From IMG/VR virus record IMGVR_UViG_3300034095_001343, positions 32,001 to 96,000 of that record: a DNA stretch of 64,000 bases. One strand, 5' to 3'. Position numbers and translations under genes: made by a program. The stretch comes from a virus. Numbering within the stretch: the stretch's first letter is position 1; every line of letters begins with the position of its first letter. Positions 24,943-39,900 of this stretch are shown in pieces. The notes under the pieces were generated by a model. That model was not told the DNA's origin. It worked only from the letters and a program-made list of their open reading frames with translations, and made no database searches.

Positions 24943-27900
24943 TCAAAGATAACAATTATTAAAGTGATCTAAAAATTCTTGTTCATTTGTGAACTCACTA
25001 TTTTCAAACAACTCAATAAAATCTTCAAGGTCTTGCACCTTAAATTTCATATCTGGATTGTCTCTGTGAGCTTTAAGTTTGTTTCTATTATCTAATGCCG
25101 CCTGACTAAATGGATCATCAATATTTGAATCCCACCAAGTAGAAAGCTCTGGATATTTATTTTCACCAGCATCATTATCAGCAAGTAGATTATTGAAGAA
25201 TGAGTTAGCTGAGATATCAATTGCTCCACTAAGATCAATTAAATCTTCACCACCAGTTTCATCAACTTCAGGTTCTACAAGATCTTGATTTTCAATTGAT
25301 TCTGCAGACTCACTTACTTTACTAATATTCTCACCATTAACTTGGATACCTTTTTCAGTAGCTACTACACTAGAACCTGCTGAAATTTTTACACCTTTTT
25401 CCAAATCAATGTTATCTAATACTGAGTCAATATCAATTGAATCAAAAGCTGCATCTAAAGGATCTGAAGAGTTTACACTATTTACAAAGCTTCTTAATTT
25501 TTTTGTAGTAGGTCTTTCTCCAAACATAAATCCAATTGGATTCTGAGCAGTTGAACCTTTTATGTCTACTTCAACGTATTCAGCATAACTACCAACAGCC
25601 TTATTATTAAAATTGATTAAATTTTCTGCTGGGAATAAGCTTTGTGTTTTTGCAAGTACATAGTATCTATACTCAGCTTTATATTCTGATCCAACATTTT
25701 GTCTAACAACCATTGGGAATTCTACTTCAGTGTGATAGTCAGAACCTTTCTTAAGATTGATATTCTTAAAACCCGCCTTAATTAATTCTTCTTTGTTTTT
25801 ATCAAAAGTATCCGCCAATTGCTTAGTTAATTTAGAAACAGGTGGAGTATTTCTTACTGAAGAAACATTGTTTGTTTTATCAAGTCTAGAAATACCAGCA
25901 TATAAATCTACAACTAATCTTCGTACCAAGCCTGAAGCATTTACGTGAACAGGAGCTCTTAAGATAGCAGGATCTGCAACTTTTGCAGCTTTCTTTTCTT
26001 CTGCAGACTTCTTAGCCTTAGGATCAATGTTATATTGAAGATCTTGTAAAAGTTTTGCTTTTACATATTCAAATACAACCGGACTATTCTTTTTAAAGTC
26101 TGCAAGTTCTGGTGCTGAAATCAAATCTTTTGCAAAAATAACTTGCTTTCTTTCTGCAATCATATTTGTTAACTGCTCTACTTGCTCATCAAAGATTGTA
26201 ATAAAGTCTCCTGCTTCAGCATTTGTGTAGTAAGAAGACTCTATTCTATTCATATCCTTTTTGAAGAACAAGCCAAATGCATTATCCAAACCTCTAACTG
26301 AGCTATTACCAACACTACCTTGTTTTGCAACGTTATCTCCAAATACATAAATGGCTTCAGGATTAGATGTTGCAAGTGCTTTAGTAAATACTTTAGGCTC
26401 AATAGTAATACCTTTTGTTTCTGGAGCATAGATTGCAGCTCTTACTTTTTTAATCACATAAGCATTAGGAGCTGAAGTTAGATAACCTTGCATGAAATCA
26501 ATAACCAAATCATCCAGCTGCATACCAAATGTTGACTGAAATACAGTATCATTAGGTCTTTCTATTGCTGCTTGTACAGTATCAATATGAGATAAGTAAC
26601 CATCAAGAGCAATTGGAGCTACAGATTCTACAATAGATTTATAACCATACTGAAGACCATCTTTAACCATCATATAATGAACAAGTGTCTTTGCATCAGA
26701 TCTTGTTAAAGGATTTGCATACAAAGTCATAAAGCCATTTTGGATATCTAGCTTTTGTGAATCATTATATCTTAAGAATGTATTTGCTCCCGCTAAATTT
26801 AAACCAGTCTTATTACCTTTCAAATTTGCTTTCTCTGTGATGATAAAAGACTTTAAGAAATAATTATTAGCACCTTCTTCAGTTGCTCTAAGTCTGTCTA
26901 ATACTGCGGTTATATTCTCAACACCATCTTGATTATAAATTAATCCATTAGTAAGAGTAGCTACAGACTGTGCGTTATTAACTAAACCATTATGCATGTA
27001 AGCCTTAATAGTTAAGTATGATAAAAAGTCTCTAGCAATTTTAGTTTTAGTTTTATCTCTTAGTTCATAAGGTAGATTGTTTACAGTACTTTGGTAAACT
27101 ACTTCATCAGTTACTCTTCTAAATAGAGGGCTTGCTGAAAGAACCACTTTAGGTAATAAGAAATTAGTAAACTCCTGGAATCTTTCAAGATAACCAGCTT
27201 GCCATGTTTCACCTTTAAATATAGGTCTAGCATCAATCATTGGTCTATTAACACCTAATGCTAAGAACTCTTTGTCAGATAAGTTAAGACCTAACTTTTC
27301 TGTTGCTTCATTTCTCTTATCAATTGCTTCAAGACCTTGACCTAAACCATTGGTAAGATTTATGATGTCTCCCATATATTTTGTAGTGTTAGATAAACTA
27401 GCAGCATTTAAGAATTGTTCTAAGATTGAAATTTCTTCAATCACCTGCATTTTTGTAATCTCACCATTTTCTCTAAGTTCAGCCATATCAGCTTTAGTAG
27501 CAGTTGCTTTAATTAAAGGAGTGTCAATTGCTTCCATCAAAGAATTTTGAGTAACAGAAGTTCTTATCTTTTCTTCTTTCTTCTCAAGAAATGCTGTTTG
27601 TAATGCTATAATTCTTTCTTCTACAATACTTCTTGCATATACTTTTTTATCTGCAGAAGCATTAGCTTCCATAAAATAAGCTTGTCTAATAACAGGGTGG
27701 TTAACCAAAAGAACTGAAGTCTTTACAGGAACGCCTAAAGCTATTAGATTAGCTACAATAGAAAGAGCATTGATATTAAGACCAAGCTTAGCCAAAAGTC
27801 TTTCTTTAGCGTTATCCGTTGCTGCAGTAATTAAAGCAGATAAGATATACTGAGTTCTTTGACCTTGACTACCATCTTCATTTAACTCAAATGTATTTCT

Positions 27901-30900
27901 AAAGTTGCTGAATGTAACTCCTCCAAATTCAATTTGAGGCAATACTTCTTCACCGCCAACTTTAGTGCTGGCAATTTTTACATCATACTCTTGAAGAAGA
28001 TTTAAGTATAGGTTAGGTAATACAACCGCACCAATTGATCTAGAACCTTCTTTGTTGTTAGCAAACATTCTAAGCTTGCCGTATAGGTTGTCTACATCAA
28101 TACCTTCTTCTTCAGACAAAGCGGCCCATTCAGGAAGTTCTGTCTTAAGTTCATCCCAAAGATCCTTTAAAACTTCTATATCTGCAGCCTCATAAGAAAT
28201 TGCCACAGCTGTTCTTTGTTTACCGTTTTTATCCAACGCAGGCTTACCAGTATTTACAGTAGTTGTTTTACCATTCTTATCTAGGAATAAAGGTTTTCTT
28301 TCTGTAACATGGTCATTACCCATAAGAGCAACTTTGTAATCAAGAATATCATTGTTGATTGCTGCAGCATATGGTTCATGTCCAAATTTTTTCTTATAAG
28401 TCTTATATTGAGCTAAAGTAACAGGCATTCCTAATACTAAAAGAGCATTTATTGAATCTTCTTTTAAACCACGACTTTGAGCAGTTAATAAATCTGAATT
28501 TGTAATGCTTATATTCTTACCCGTACCCCTTCCATTATATTTATATAATGCTTCTCCATATATAGAATCTGAATCTTTTACTTTTTCGTTTACATATCTA
28601 ACATAATCTAAATATTTATTATCTTCTGTTTTAGCTTTACCATATTCAAAGAACTCTCCATTCTTTTCATAAAACTCTTTAAACTGCATGTAAACCTTAT
28701 CAATATCAAAGTCAGCTCCTGATATCTCAATAAGTTCTCTTGCAAACACACCAGAAGAACCATAAGCGGCAGGCATAAAGTCTATCCACTTAACGTTATA
28801 AGTTGAATGGTTATCTTGTGAAGGAATACGTACAGCAAACATTTTACCTACAACATCAGGAATAGATTTTCCTTTAAGTTGTAATTCTTTCATCACTTCT
28901 TTGTGATGAGGTGGTAATAACATCTCACCATACTTTTGTCCTGTTGCTTTTCCTTTTGAGTCATACTCTTTCATGTTATGTCTCAAACGGTCAATAATAA
29001 CAACACCGGCACCTTTAGATTTTTTTACTGCATCTTTAAGACCTGCAATATTTTCATCATTACCAGGATAAGAACCTTCATCAATATTAAATAGAATGTC
29101 AGGCTTACTAGCCATAGCTTCATATTGTGCTTCAGTAATAATCTCATGTTTATCTGGCATACCGTTTTCATCTACAGAAAGAACTCTTCTGTAAACTCTT
29201 ATACCATAGTCAGAAACCAATGATACTGTTGCACCAGGTACCTTCTCATTAAATACACTCTTACTAAAATAGCTCATAAATAAATTCAAGAACTTATCAT
29301 AAGTAAGAGGGTTGTTAAGATTATACTTTTGATTTCCTGATTCATCAAGTGAGAATAGTTCCATCAAATGACTTGAAGAACCTGTAGATGCAAGACTGGC
29401 TTCAGCATATCTTAAGTATGTATAAAGATCTGCAGTAATAGCATTTTCTTTAATACTCTTCTGAAGTTCATCCATTGCGTAGTCTACATCAAAAGAGAAT
29501 ACTAAATTTCTCTTGTTGATATAATTCAAGTTACCTCTATCTCTAGTTGCTTTGTGATAAGCAGCTCTTACCTCACCTAATGTTAATTTCTCACCATTGA
29601 TGATTACTTCTGTTGAATCATTTTGTTCTGAAGTAACCAAGGTCTTAACCTGAGTAGGATCTGTTATAACAGTTTTGTTAGATGGGTTGATTACCTGCAA
29701 TCCTAAATAATTAGCATCAAGAGTAACAGATTGATCTTGCCCTAATGGAGTTGTTGTTCCAGTAACACCATGAATGTTAGATACATTCTTTTGCATCATC
29801 TTTAAGGCTGATCTTGGAGCAGCTACTGAAACTGTATCATTTTCTTTTTCAAATGCTTCAAGCTTAACTCTTAAGTTATGTAAAGCAAGTTTGTTAGGTT
29901 TAGGAATAGTGTAGTTACCTTCAGAATCTTTCAATGAAGTAAACTGTGGTAATAATGGGAATGCAGACATCTTAACAAATGTTTTACCATCTGCATATAC
30001 AAGCTTCTGAGAGTTGAGCATTTCTTGTCTCTTAGCATATCCTGTAGATTCTTCTGTCCCAAAAATATCCTCAGCACTAATATCCTCACCTCTTTCAATT
30101 CTATCAAACAATTCTGCTTGAGCCGGAGTAAGTTTACCAAAACCATATTGGAAGTTACGGAAAGCTTTAGTAGTCATCCATAACTGAGCATCCGCATTCT
30201 TAACTTCACCTACATTGTATGTTGCATTAACAATAGGTTCTGTTAATTCAAACAATGAGATTTCTTGTAATGGTTTAAAAATACCATACTCTGGTGCAGC
30301 TACTGTACTTGCAGCACTATAGTAAGATGCAGATTGTGCTTTTGCTCTTTTAATTTCATCAACAGCATCTTTCAAACTATAAGCACTATCACCTAACAAA
30401 ATCTGATTGATAGCTGTGGTATTAATATAATCATTAAAGAAGATCTGCTTTAAGTTGTATTCAGTATCTTCAGGAATAATGTTTAGTAATCTAGCAGATT
30501 TTTGGGCATCTCCAGTTACTGCACCACCTGCTGTCTGAATACCATTGGTTAAGAAAGTTCCTAACCCACCTTGTGAATCAACAACTTTCTTGTTAGTTTT
30601 TGAACCAACAAGTTCATCTAGTGTAATATTAAACTCTGCAAATTCTTGGTCCATTCTATTTTGCAAGAATGCTTTCAACTCTGATTCCTTTATACCAAGC
30701 TTTTGGATAGCTTCAGCAAAAGTTAATCCTGCAAACTCTGGAGAACGTGCAGCTTCGGTTAGTTTATTTACGTAACCTTCTACTTCAAATCCACCAACAA
30801 GACCTGCAACTTGTTCCATTAAATTAGCTTCTCCAGCTTCCATCAAATCATACATGTACATAGGTTTCTTACCTTGTAAGAAATTTTGCTCATTGCTTGA

Positions 30901-33900
30901 CTCTACATAGAACTTCTTAGTTCCAATACGTACTTCATATTTGAACTGATCATTTTGAATAAGTGAAATAGAACCCTTAAGATCTTCAAAGATTCTTTCT
31001 CTATTCTCAGGAGTAACTCTTACCAAACCTCTACCAATAATTCTCTTTGGTACATTCTTATCTCCATCTTTAGTTTTTACAATAGCATCACGGACAACAC
31101 CTGTAGATGTAAAACCAATAAACTGTTCTGCAGCTTTTTTATCATATACAAGAGAAGTCTGATCTCCTTTTTCAATTCTCGCTAACTTGATATCAGAAGT
31201 TTGAATTGTAACAATACCTTGACGGCTTTCTTTCTTCTGACCTAGTGGACTTAAAAGAACACCTGTTTTATGGAAGTTGAAAGCTCTAGCTTTATTTACA
31301 CTATCACTTGCTACATTGATAGGAATGATTTCTTCAGTTCCTGTCTCTGCATTTGGAATTGCGAGTGCGTTATATCCAACATGTAACTCTTGAGTTGCAG
31401 TTTCAGGATTAGATTCTCTTTGTATTCTTGCAAATTCTACAGCAACATTATTCAATATAGCATCAAGAGCTTCTTCTGTTAAAATAGTTTTCCCCCCTTT
31501 TTTATCTACAGCTTTAAATACAGGAAGAGTAATCATGTCACCAGTATTTGATGCTTCAAGTACACGTAAAAGTACTGGAGCTAATGTAGCAACCTCTATA
31601 GTTCCATCTTCTTTTGTCCAGGAAACAGTATTAACTTTTCCAGTCAAAGGATCTACAGCATATGTGTAAGAGTTAATCAAGTTAAGAATAAACTCTCTTG
31701 GAGTTGAATCACCATAGGTTGTGCCTGATGACGGAGTTCTACCTGAAGTTTCAGACATCAAACCATTTTCATCTACATCTATATTTCCTGTTTTTGAACC
31801 GGCAATTCTTAGAATTCTTAATCTACCTTCTGCAGAAAGCTGTTTAAAAGCCTCACTGTTTAATAAAAAGTTATTTATAAGATACTCATCTGAATTCTTA
31901 AGTTCTTCAATCTTAGAACCTTCACCGGCAACATCATTCAATGCAGCTATTTGTTTCAGGTGAAATGAAGGTAATTGGTGAGCATATACCAAGTCTCCAT
32001 TTGGATTCTTAAATACAGATGCTCCAACATTCTCATCAAAAGCAGCATTACCTAATGCAATTCTTCTAAGTCTGTTTCTTGCACCATCATCTGTATCACT
32101 GAATAGATCTTGATTACCTTCTACAATCTTTTTAATTTCTACAATATCTTGATAGTTCAAAGCTTTCTCATCTGCATTAGCATTCAATAAAGCTTTTTGA
32201 TATCTTGTAGGTCTTTCAATATTTTTAGCAACACTAAATTCAATAAACTTAGGACTCAAGCTGATACCTAAATTCTCTTCAAGAACTTTTGCTGTTTGTT
32301 TAGCAAACTCTGCAAGCTTAGTATCAGTTAATGTCTTAAGACTTTTTTGTGTTATAGAATCACCAGCAACAAACTGAAGTCTGTTTAAAAGCTTATCTAA
32401 AGTATTTGCTACTACTTTTCTAGTTCCTTCATCTGTACGTAGTTTCTTAGACTTTTGCACATAGGCTTGACCCCATCTATCTACTTGAGTATGAGCGTCA
32501 TCTCTATTAGCTGCAGTATAAGTGTACACTTGGTCACCACTACTTCTATGTATAAAGAGGTAGTCAACCTTAGCATTCTCAAAACCTTTTAATACTGCTT
32601 GAAGAAGTAAAGGTCTTTTGATACCTTGATTTAATTCTTCAACAGTTATTTCAGCACCAGCTTTAAACTTCTCAATTACTTCTGCTGTATACTGAGGAAG
32701 TTCTCCGTTTTCAAGTTGATCTTCCCAAGTAATACCTAAGTCATTGAATAATTTATTTACTACTGCTTCTGTCTGAGGATTGTTAATTCCAAAGAAGTAA
32801 AGCTGTTGTAAAATTTGAATAGGATCATTCAAGTTTTTAACGGCCTTTAAGAAACCATTGTATGCTGTAGCAAAATCTACAGTAATCATTAACTTCTCTC
32901 CAGTCCCCGGTACAATCTCTCCATTCTCATCTCTTTCAGGAGCAATCAAGTAATCATTACCAAACTGATCCTTTTCTGAGATAGGAGTTGTCCCAATATA
33001 TTTTCTCAAGAAAGAAGACAAAGAAGAGAATCCACCAATGCTGGTTACATCTTTATCATACTGATCTGTAGTTCTAAGTCTATCTCCTACTTGATCATCT
33101 GTATCTTCAAGATCTTCTTCAATCTTTCTTGATTTAATTTCATAATATTTTAACTGATCATAAACAGCTTCTTTGATGAAGTCTGAGAACTCAGAAAAAG
33201 ATTTTTCAATATCTCTAAGATTTCTCTTTTGCTCAGGAGTAAGCTCCATATTACGGTAAGCTTCTCTCTTAGTACTGTAAAGAGCTTTGAATCTATTGAA
33301 AGAATCATTAACCGCTTTCTTTACATTGAAATTAGAATCTTTATTTTCTTGCTCAAGCATAATAACTCTTGCAGAAATAGAAGACACTACACTTCTTGCA
33401 AAGTCATTATCTAAAGTTCTGTAACCAAAAGCACCTGTTTCACTTTCAATCATCTCTACAGGAATAATCTTATTGGCATTTAAAGTAATACCTGTTGCAA
33501 GACTATCTGTAAATCTGTTATTGATTGGAGATGCTGATTTAAATTTACCAGAATCAATATCTTTAAACAGTTGTTGTAGTTCATTACGAGTATATCTGTT
33601 AAACAAAGATTTAATCCATTCAATAAGTATAGTAAAGTAGTTTTTAATTGCCGGATTAGCTTTTGTAGATCTAGGATCCTTCTTGAACTTTTCAAACTCA
33701 TCAGCCATGTATTCTTCATAGAACTCTTTCTCAAGAGCTTTTCTGCTCATTGCTTTATATAAGTCCGCAGAGTTTCTAAACTTACCAAGCTCTTCTTCAA
33801 ACTTATCACCAAGCTTTCTTTTTACTTCTGCTTCAGCAATCTTGTAAAGTTTATCCTGTCGTGCATTAGAAAGTAAAGATCTAAATACACCATGGAATGC

Positions 33901-36900
33901 TTCGTGATATTTGTATGGGGATTTTACACCAGTATACAATGTACCTTTTACAGTCATTCCACCAGCAATTTGATTCATTGACAAAACAAAGGCACCTACA
34001 CGTACACCATTAGTTACAAGGTTATCTCTAAGATTAGAAATATCCTCAATACTAATAAAGTCCGGTAAATTATCATTAGCCCAAATTACAAACTCATCAA
34101 TATCAGCCACTTCTTGCTCACTAAGTTTGTCACTTACAATCTTGTTAGCAAGTAGCTTTCTTTGTATCTCTCTGTTGCGGGCAATTAACTTTTGTCTTTC
34201 TGGATTGTCTTCCATGAGTTCACTTGCCTTAACTATGTCCTTCGGGTTAGCAGTATCAATCTCTGTTTCAATCTCTTTAATTCTTGCTAAGTTCTGTTGC
34301 AACTCTTTCTTGAGAGACTGTGTGTCAGAATCAACATTGTTATTTCTTTGAATCTTGCCAGCAAGTAATTGAATCACAGGTCCAGAGACAGCATTCTTTA
34401 CCATTCTTTCCTCACGCGGAGAAAGCTTTTCACCTTTTGCAATCTTATTTGCAACTTGCTGTTTCATCTCAAGAGGTAACTCTTTGAAATCTGCTTTTGC
34501 AAATTCTTCAAATACCTCATCAGACATATCAAGAACACTATCATAAGCTTCCTCAGAAGTTTCTAAGTCAGCTACAGGATCTTCAACTACTTCAACTTCT
34601 TGTTGTGCAGCTGTTGTTGCAGCAAACAATAAAGCTTCTTGGATAGTATTTGAATCTGCAGTTAATCTGAGCTTATAATTAGTTCTTACATTTTCATTAA
34701 GAGTTGTTACAGTGTTATCAAGAACTGTATCAATGCTTGCATCTTCAGCAAAACTTGCTCTTACATTATAAATTGCAGAATTTTCTTTACTAAAAAGTTT
34801 TAACTCAGTCCATTCAGGAATTTCTACAGAAGAATCTTTTTTCTTCTTTGCTTTAAATTCCTCAGCAGCTTTATCAATACCTTTCTTTTGAAGATTATCT
34901 AAAAGTCTTTCAATGATATCTGGTTTCTCAGCACCTTGATAATCAAGAGTACCTTGTCTACCTTCAGCCAAATATGAACTACCTACAACAGATTTACGTT
35001 TCTTATCATAAAGTTCTGCTCTAAATGTACCATCAGCGTTAACATTAATTTCAACTGTGTATCCTTCAATATTAGTTGTAATGTAAAGTTTCTTGTTAAA
35101 GGCCTGATTAAACTCTACGTTAAAGTTTGAGTCTTTAATTTTCTTTGTTTCTACAGAACCTTCACCGACTAAGTTTTCATTAATAGTTCTAACACCCTCT
35201 TCAACAAGTTCACGGCTTAAAGTAAAAATTTCTTCTTTTTCAAGTTGTCTACTTTTTAAAGGGGCACCTGTATAAATACCATTTGGTGTTTTAATTAAAG
35301 CAACATATCTCTGTGCTTTTTGTAGGGTTTCAAATAAACTTGGTTGTGATACAGCCAAATCTTGTTTAAGCTTTTCTATGAAAGCTTCTCTATCATCAAT
35401 ATCTTCAATGTCAGTTAAGATACGTGTTGATATAGTGCCATCTTTAAGTTTGTCATTAATCATAACAACTTTAACACCATCAACTGTATTATGCTTAAGT
35501 TCTTTTACTGACTTTGGATTAGTTTTTAAATCAACACTTGATCCAAGATTAAAACCAAATTCTGCAAAATCACTCATAGGAATAACAGCAGCATCTTTAC
35601 CTTCCATTTTATCAGCAACCTGATCAACAAAAGCTTGTTGAATTGCAAAGTTGTTTAGAATAGTATTCACAGCATTAGCCTGCTGTAATGGGTAGATTGT
35701 AAAGGTATTCTCAATGATCTCCTTAGTAAGATTAACAGGATTTACAACCTGATCTTTTTCATTTAAGAATTGTATAGAACCGGTTCTTACAAAAGCAAAT
35801 ATACCATCAGGATGAGAACTAACAGGCATCCCTTTTTCAGAAATGATTTGATTAATTCTTGCTGAAGTTTGTTGATTACCAAAAGCAATACCTACAGCAA
35901 ATGGTTCAGCAACTCTATTGATATAAGGGTTTGCTTCTTTGAAGTTACCTTCTTTATCTTTTGTTTGATATTTCTTTCCTGTAGTTTTACCACCAGCAGG
36001 ATTTCTAGTAATAACTAAAGTAAGAGTTGCCTTTTCTTCTGGAGTTAAATTATCCAGAATAGTCTGAAGTCTGGCATTAGCCATCATGATTCCTTCAGCA
36101 GCAGCTGTTCCCATACCATTTTCTAATGCATAAACAGCAACAGCTTCATCAACTAAAAGTCTTGAAGCATCTTCAGGAACTTTATTAAAGTTAAATCCTT
36201 CTACATTGTACTCTGACTTAAACTCAGGCTCTGTAACTTTTTTAGACAGCTTATGTCTATCTTGTTTAGATTGACCAGGTTTAATAGAATCAACAGGCAA
36301 CAAGAATAGCTTCTTGCCTTTTTCTACTTCTGCCGGAGTACCAATTACCATGTAACGGTTACCTTCTGCATCTGTTACAGTAGATCCATATGATACTTCC
36401 TTACCACCAAAAGTGAAAGTTGTTGTATCAACTGATACATCATCTAATTTCTTAGCGGCAGATCTAGCTTTATTTATATTGTCAAAGGTTGCACCTACAG
36501 GTACACCAGCTGCAGAAGTCATATCTTCTGTAAGTAGTTTACCTTTCTTGTCTCTAACTGAATACAATGTTACAGGTACAGGCATTCCTGTATCTGGATC
36601 AACTGTTGAAGTTTTAGTCTCAACAATTTGTACACTGTTGAAAGTATTATCTACAACTTTACCTACAGCCTTAACGTCTCCAATATCTGCATCTTCAACA
36701 TCACCAGCTTCAAAGTCTTGTTCAATATCAATGAAGTCAGAGAAGTTTGTTTCAGTACTACGGAGCACCTTTCTAACAAGGTCATTAGTCTGTTGCTTTT
36801 CTAACCATTTATCAAAGCCGTTATCAGCATTGAACTTAGCAAGGATTGCTTCAGGTTTATCTTTTGACTTTTGTAAATCTTTGAACCATAATTTTTTCAA

Positions 36901-39900
36901 TGCATCATATGCTGTAATATATTTTGCAGCCTCAGCACTATTCACCCAACTGTCCATTGCAATAGGAGCTTTTCCTAAATTAACTTGACGGTTGGCATAC
37001 TCTTTATATTTTTCTTCAAGCACTTGCTTGATCATTGGATTATCTGTTTCCTTACCTCCAAAGATTTCCACATCGGGAGTATCCTCAGCTAAGTCAGCTT
37101 CTTCCAATATCTCAGCAGTATCTTTCTTTCTAGTTTGCTTTTCTTTAGAATCAATCTTTTCTTCAGAAGTTTGCTCTGTTACTTGAGGAGTAACTGCAGC
37201 TTTATAAATACCAATTAAAGCTTGAATTTGATTATAGATATCTTTATCAGAGATTTGATTTACTGCACCTTTTTCAGTAAAAAAATCTTGAAGCACATCA
37301 ATATTACCATTTTCCATAAACTCTTTAACCTGTTTTGGATCTGGATAAACTTCAATTTTTGCTAACTCATTTAAAAACTGATTGATTTCAATTTTACCTA
37401 TATACTTTTTAATTGAGTTTCTAAATACTTCTATCCTATTTTTGTAAATATTTTTAAAGAAATCATAAGTTCTTTGTGTAATTTCATTAAATCTTTCAGG
37501 ATTATTCATGTACTCAATAGACTTATTATAAGCAATTGCTCTACCTTTTAATTCACGGTAGTCTACAATTTTCTTAAGAGCTTCTCCAACTTTATCTGAA
37601 TCGGCAAATGTATCATTTGACTTAGCAAGTTTTTGCACATACTTTTCAAAAGCTGATGTTAGTTTATCAACCTTACGTCTATCAAAGCCACCATCCTTGG
37701 TGAGATTCTCTTCTGCATATAACACAGATAAGATTCCACTCAGACCTTCAAGCTTTGCAGTCTTAGCTTCAATTATATCTTTAGCTTCTTTAGGATCTAA
37801 TGTTGCAATTTCACTAACTAAAGTTGCAATTTCTTTTTGCAATGAATTTTCATCAAGCAATACGGTAATATCACTTGCTGCCATTTTACCTACAATAGGA
37901 TCAGCTGCTAATTCATCATATATTGACTGTGATCTTTCTAAAGCTCTCTTAAAACCATCTTCTGTAAACATGTAAAGATATCTTGCATGTTCAAAAGACA
38001 TCTGTTTAATCTTTTCTTCATTCCATTCTCTTGATCCATATTTATAAATATTTGGATCAAATGGATTATTAAACTTAGATTTATTAGTATAATATGATTC
38101 TTCAAGTTGATCAACTTTAGTAATCATATCTTGCAATCTAGTTCTAATTTTACCTGATTTAATGTCAGCTTTAAATGATGGAAAAGCTTCTATTAATTCA
38201 ACATCTGTAAGTTTTAAATAATCTTCAAACTGCTGTCTAAACTCACCACTTTTGTTATTATTAAGAACTGTATAAATTGCTTGAAACTTAGAAAAGTCTT
38301 TAGCATCAACAAAGTCAAAATTTGATTGGTCAAATGCAGCTTGCAGCATATCTATACTAGCCTGACTTTGTGTTATATGATTTACCTTATTTGTATCAAA
38401 TATTGATTCCATTGGGTTATTCGCAGTAACCTCATAGACATCATTAAGTGAATCAACAAGACCTTTTATAAGTTTTTCTTTGTTTTCCTTGTACTCAACA
38501 AGATTAGCTTTTTGTTTTTCTGTACCAAAACCTAGTGCGCCATAATTATAAATTGATGGGACACCTTGAAAAAAAAGTTTTTGAGGACCTTGAGCAATAC
38601 CACCCATTAAGAAACCTGACATAAATGTTTCAAATCCTTGAGCACTAAATTGAGATCCAACAGCTGATGCAATTGAAGCAGACATTAAGTCATGACCACC
38701 TGCAGTAGGATGTTCAATCAATGTCTGATGGTAATGTTTAGTTCCTTCAGCAATCGCTTCCTGTGTAATTTCTTGAAGACCTTCAGATAGGTTTGCTGCA
38801 AAATATCTCAATGAAGCTTGTCCAGCTAACTTTGCACTTCCTTTTATACCAGCTGCTTTTAAAGTTTTTAAATAACCTTTTACACCATCTCCAACATATT
38901 CAAAAGGTCTTGTTACAACTTTACCTGCAGCATCTCTTAAACCTTTTGTTTTTAAAATTCTACCTCCAATACCTTGAATGTTATCTCCAAGCATTCTAGA
39001 TAAGGTTCTATTATATGCGCCAAATGCATTACCTAAAACAAGTTGGTTAGATAGATAAATAGTGGGAGCATTTAATAGGGTTGTATAATATGCAGCTCTT
39101 GAAGCTTTTTCTTCAATGTTCTGCATTTGGTCCGTTGTAATTGGTGAACCATTATTAAGTTGACTCTGTAAAGCATATCCGTTAGCTAATTGTTGAGAGT
39201 AAACCGTACCTCCTTCCATCTTAGATTCAGCAAGTGCTAAGTTTAAAGATCTTACGTCTCTATAAAAACCACCAAATGTCTTAGAAACCTTTGCCATATT
39301 AGAAAGGTTTTGTGCTCCATTTGCTGTGCTGTTTAAAGTTTTAATTGCTTGTACTGTTTCTGGAGCAATAATGTTTCCTAAAAAATTACCACCAGCTTTA
39401 ACTGTATTATATAAATCCTTTGCACCATCTACAGAACGCAAACCTCTGTACATATTTCTAGTGGCATTTGCTAATCTAGATAAATCAAATGTATTTAGAA
39501 TTGTTTTTCCAAGTTTTGCAATATTAAAAGCCGTTCTTTCTGCAGCAACAACATCAGATACAGGGTTTAAAAAACCTTGTGCGGCAGCAGCACCCCAAAG
39601 AGCAAGTTCTTCTGCAGCAATAGATCCAATTACACCAGCCGTGTAACCAAACTGAAGTGCCAAGTTATTAGTAAAACCACTTACACCGCCTCTTGTAGAA
39701 TTACCAATTCTCATTGCATCTGCAAACTCGCTTGCAGATTCCAAATCTTTCCCTGTAAAATAATCATCACTATCAAATAAATCACCAATAGATCTATATG
39801 CAGATAAAAACCCTGTACCTGCAAGATTAGCAAACTGAACTCTCATTCTACTTGCATCATCCCACCAAGTAGAATTAGCATTGTAGTATTCTTCATTATC

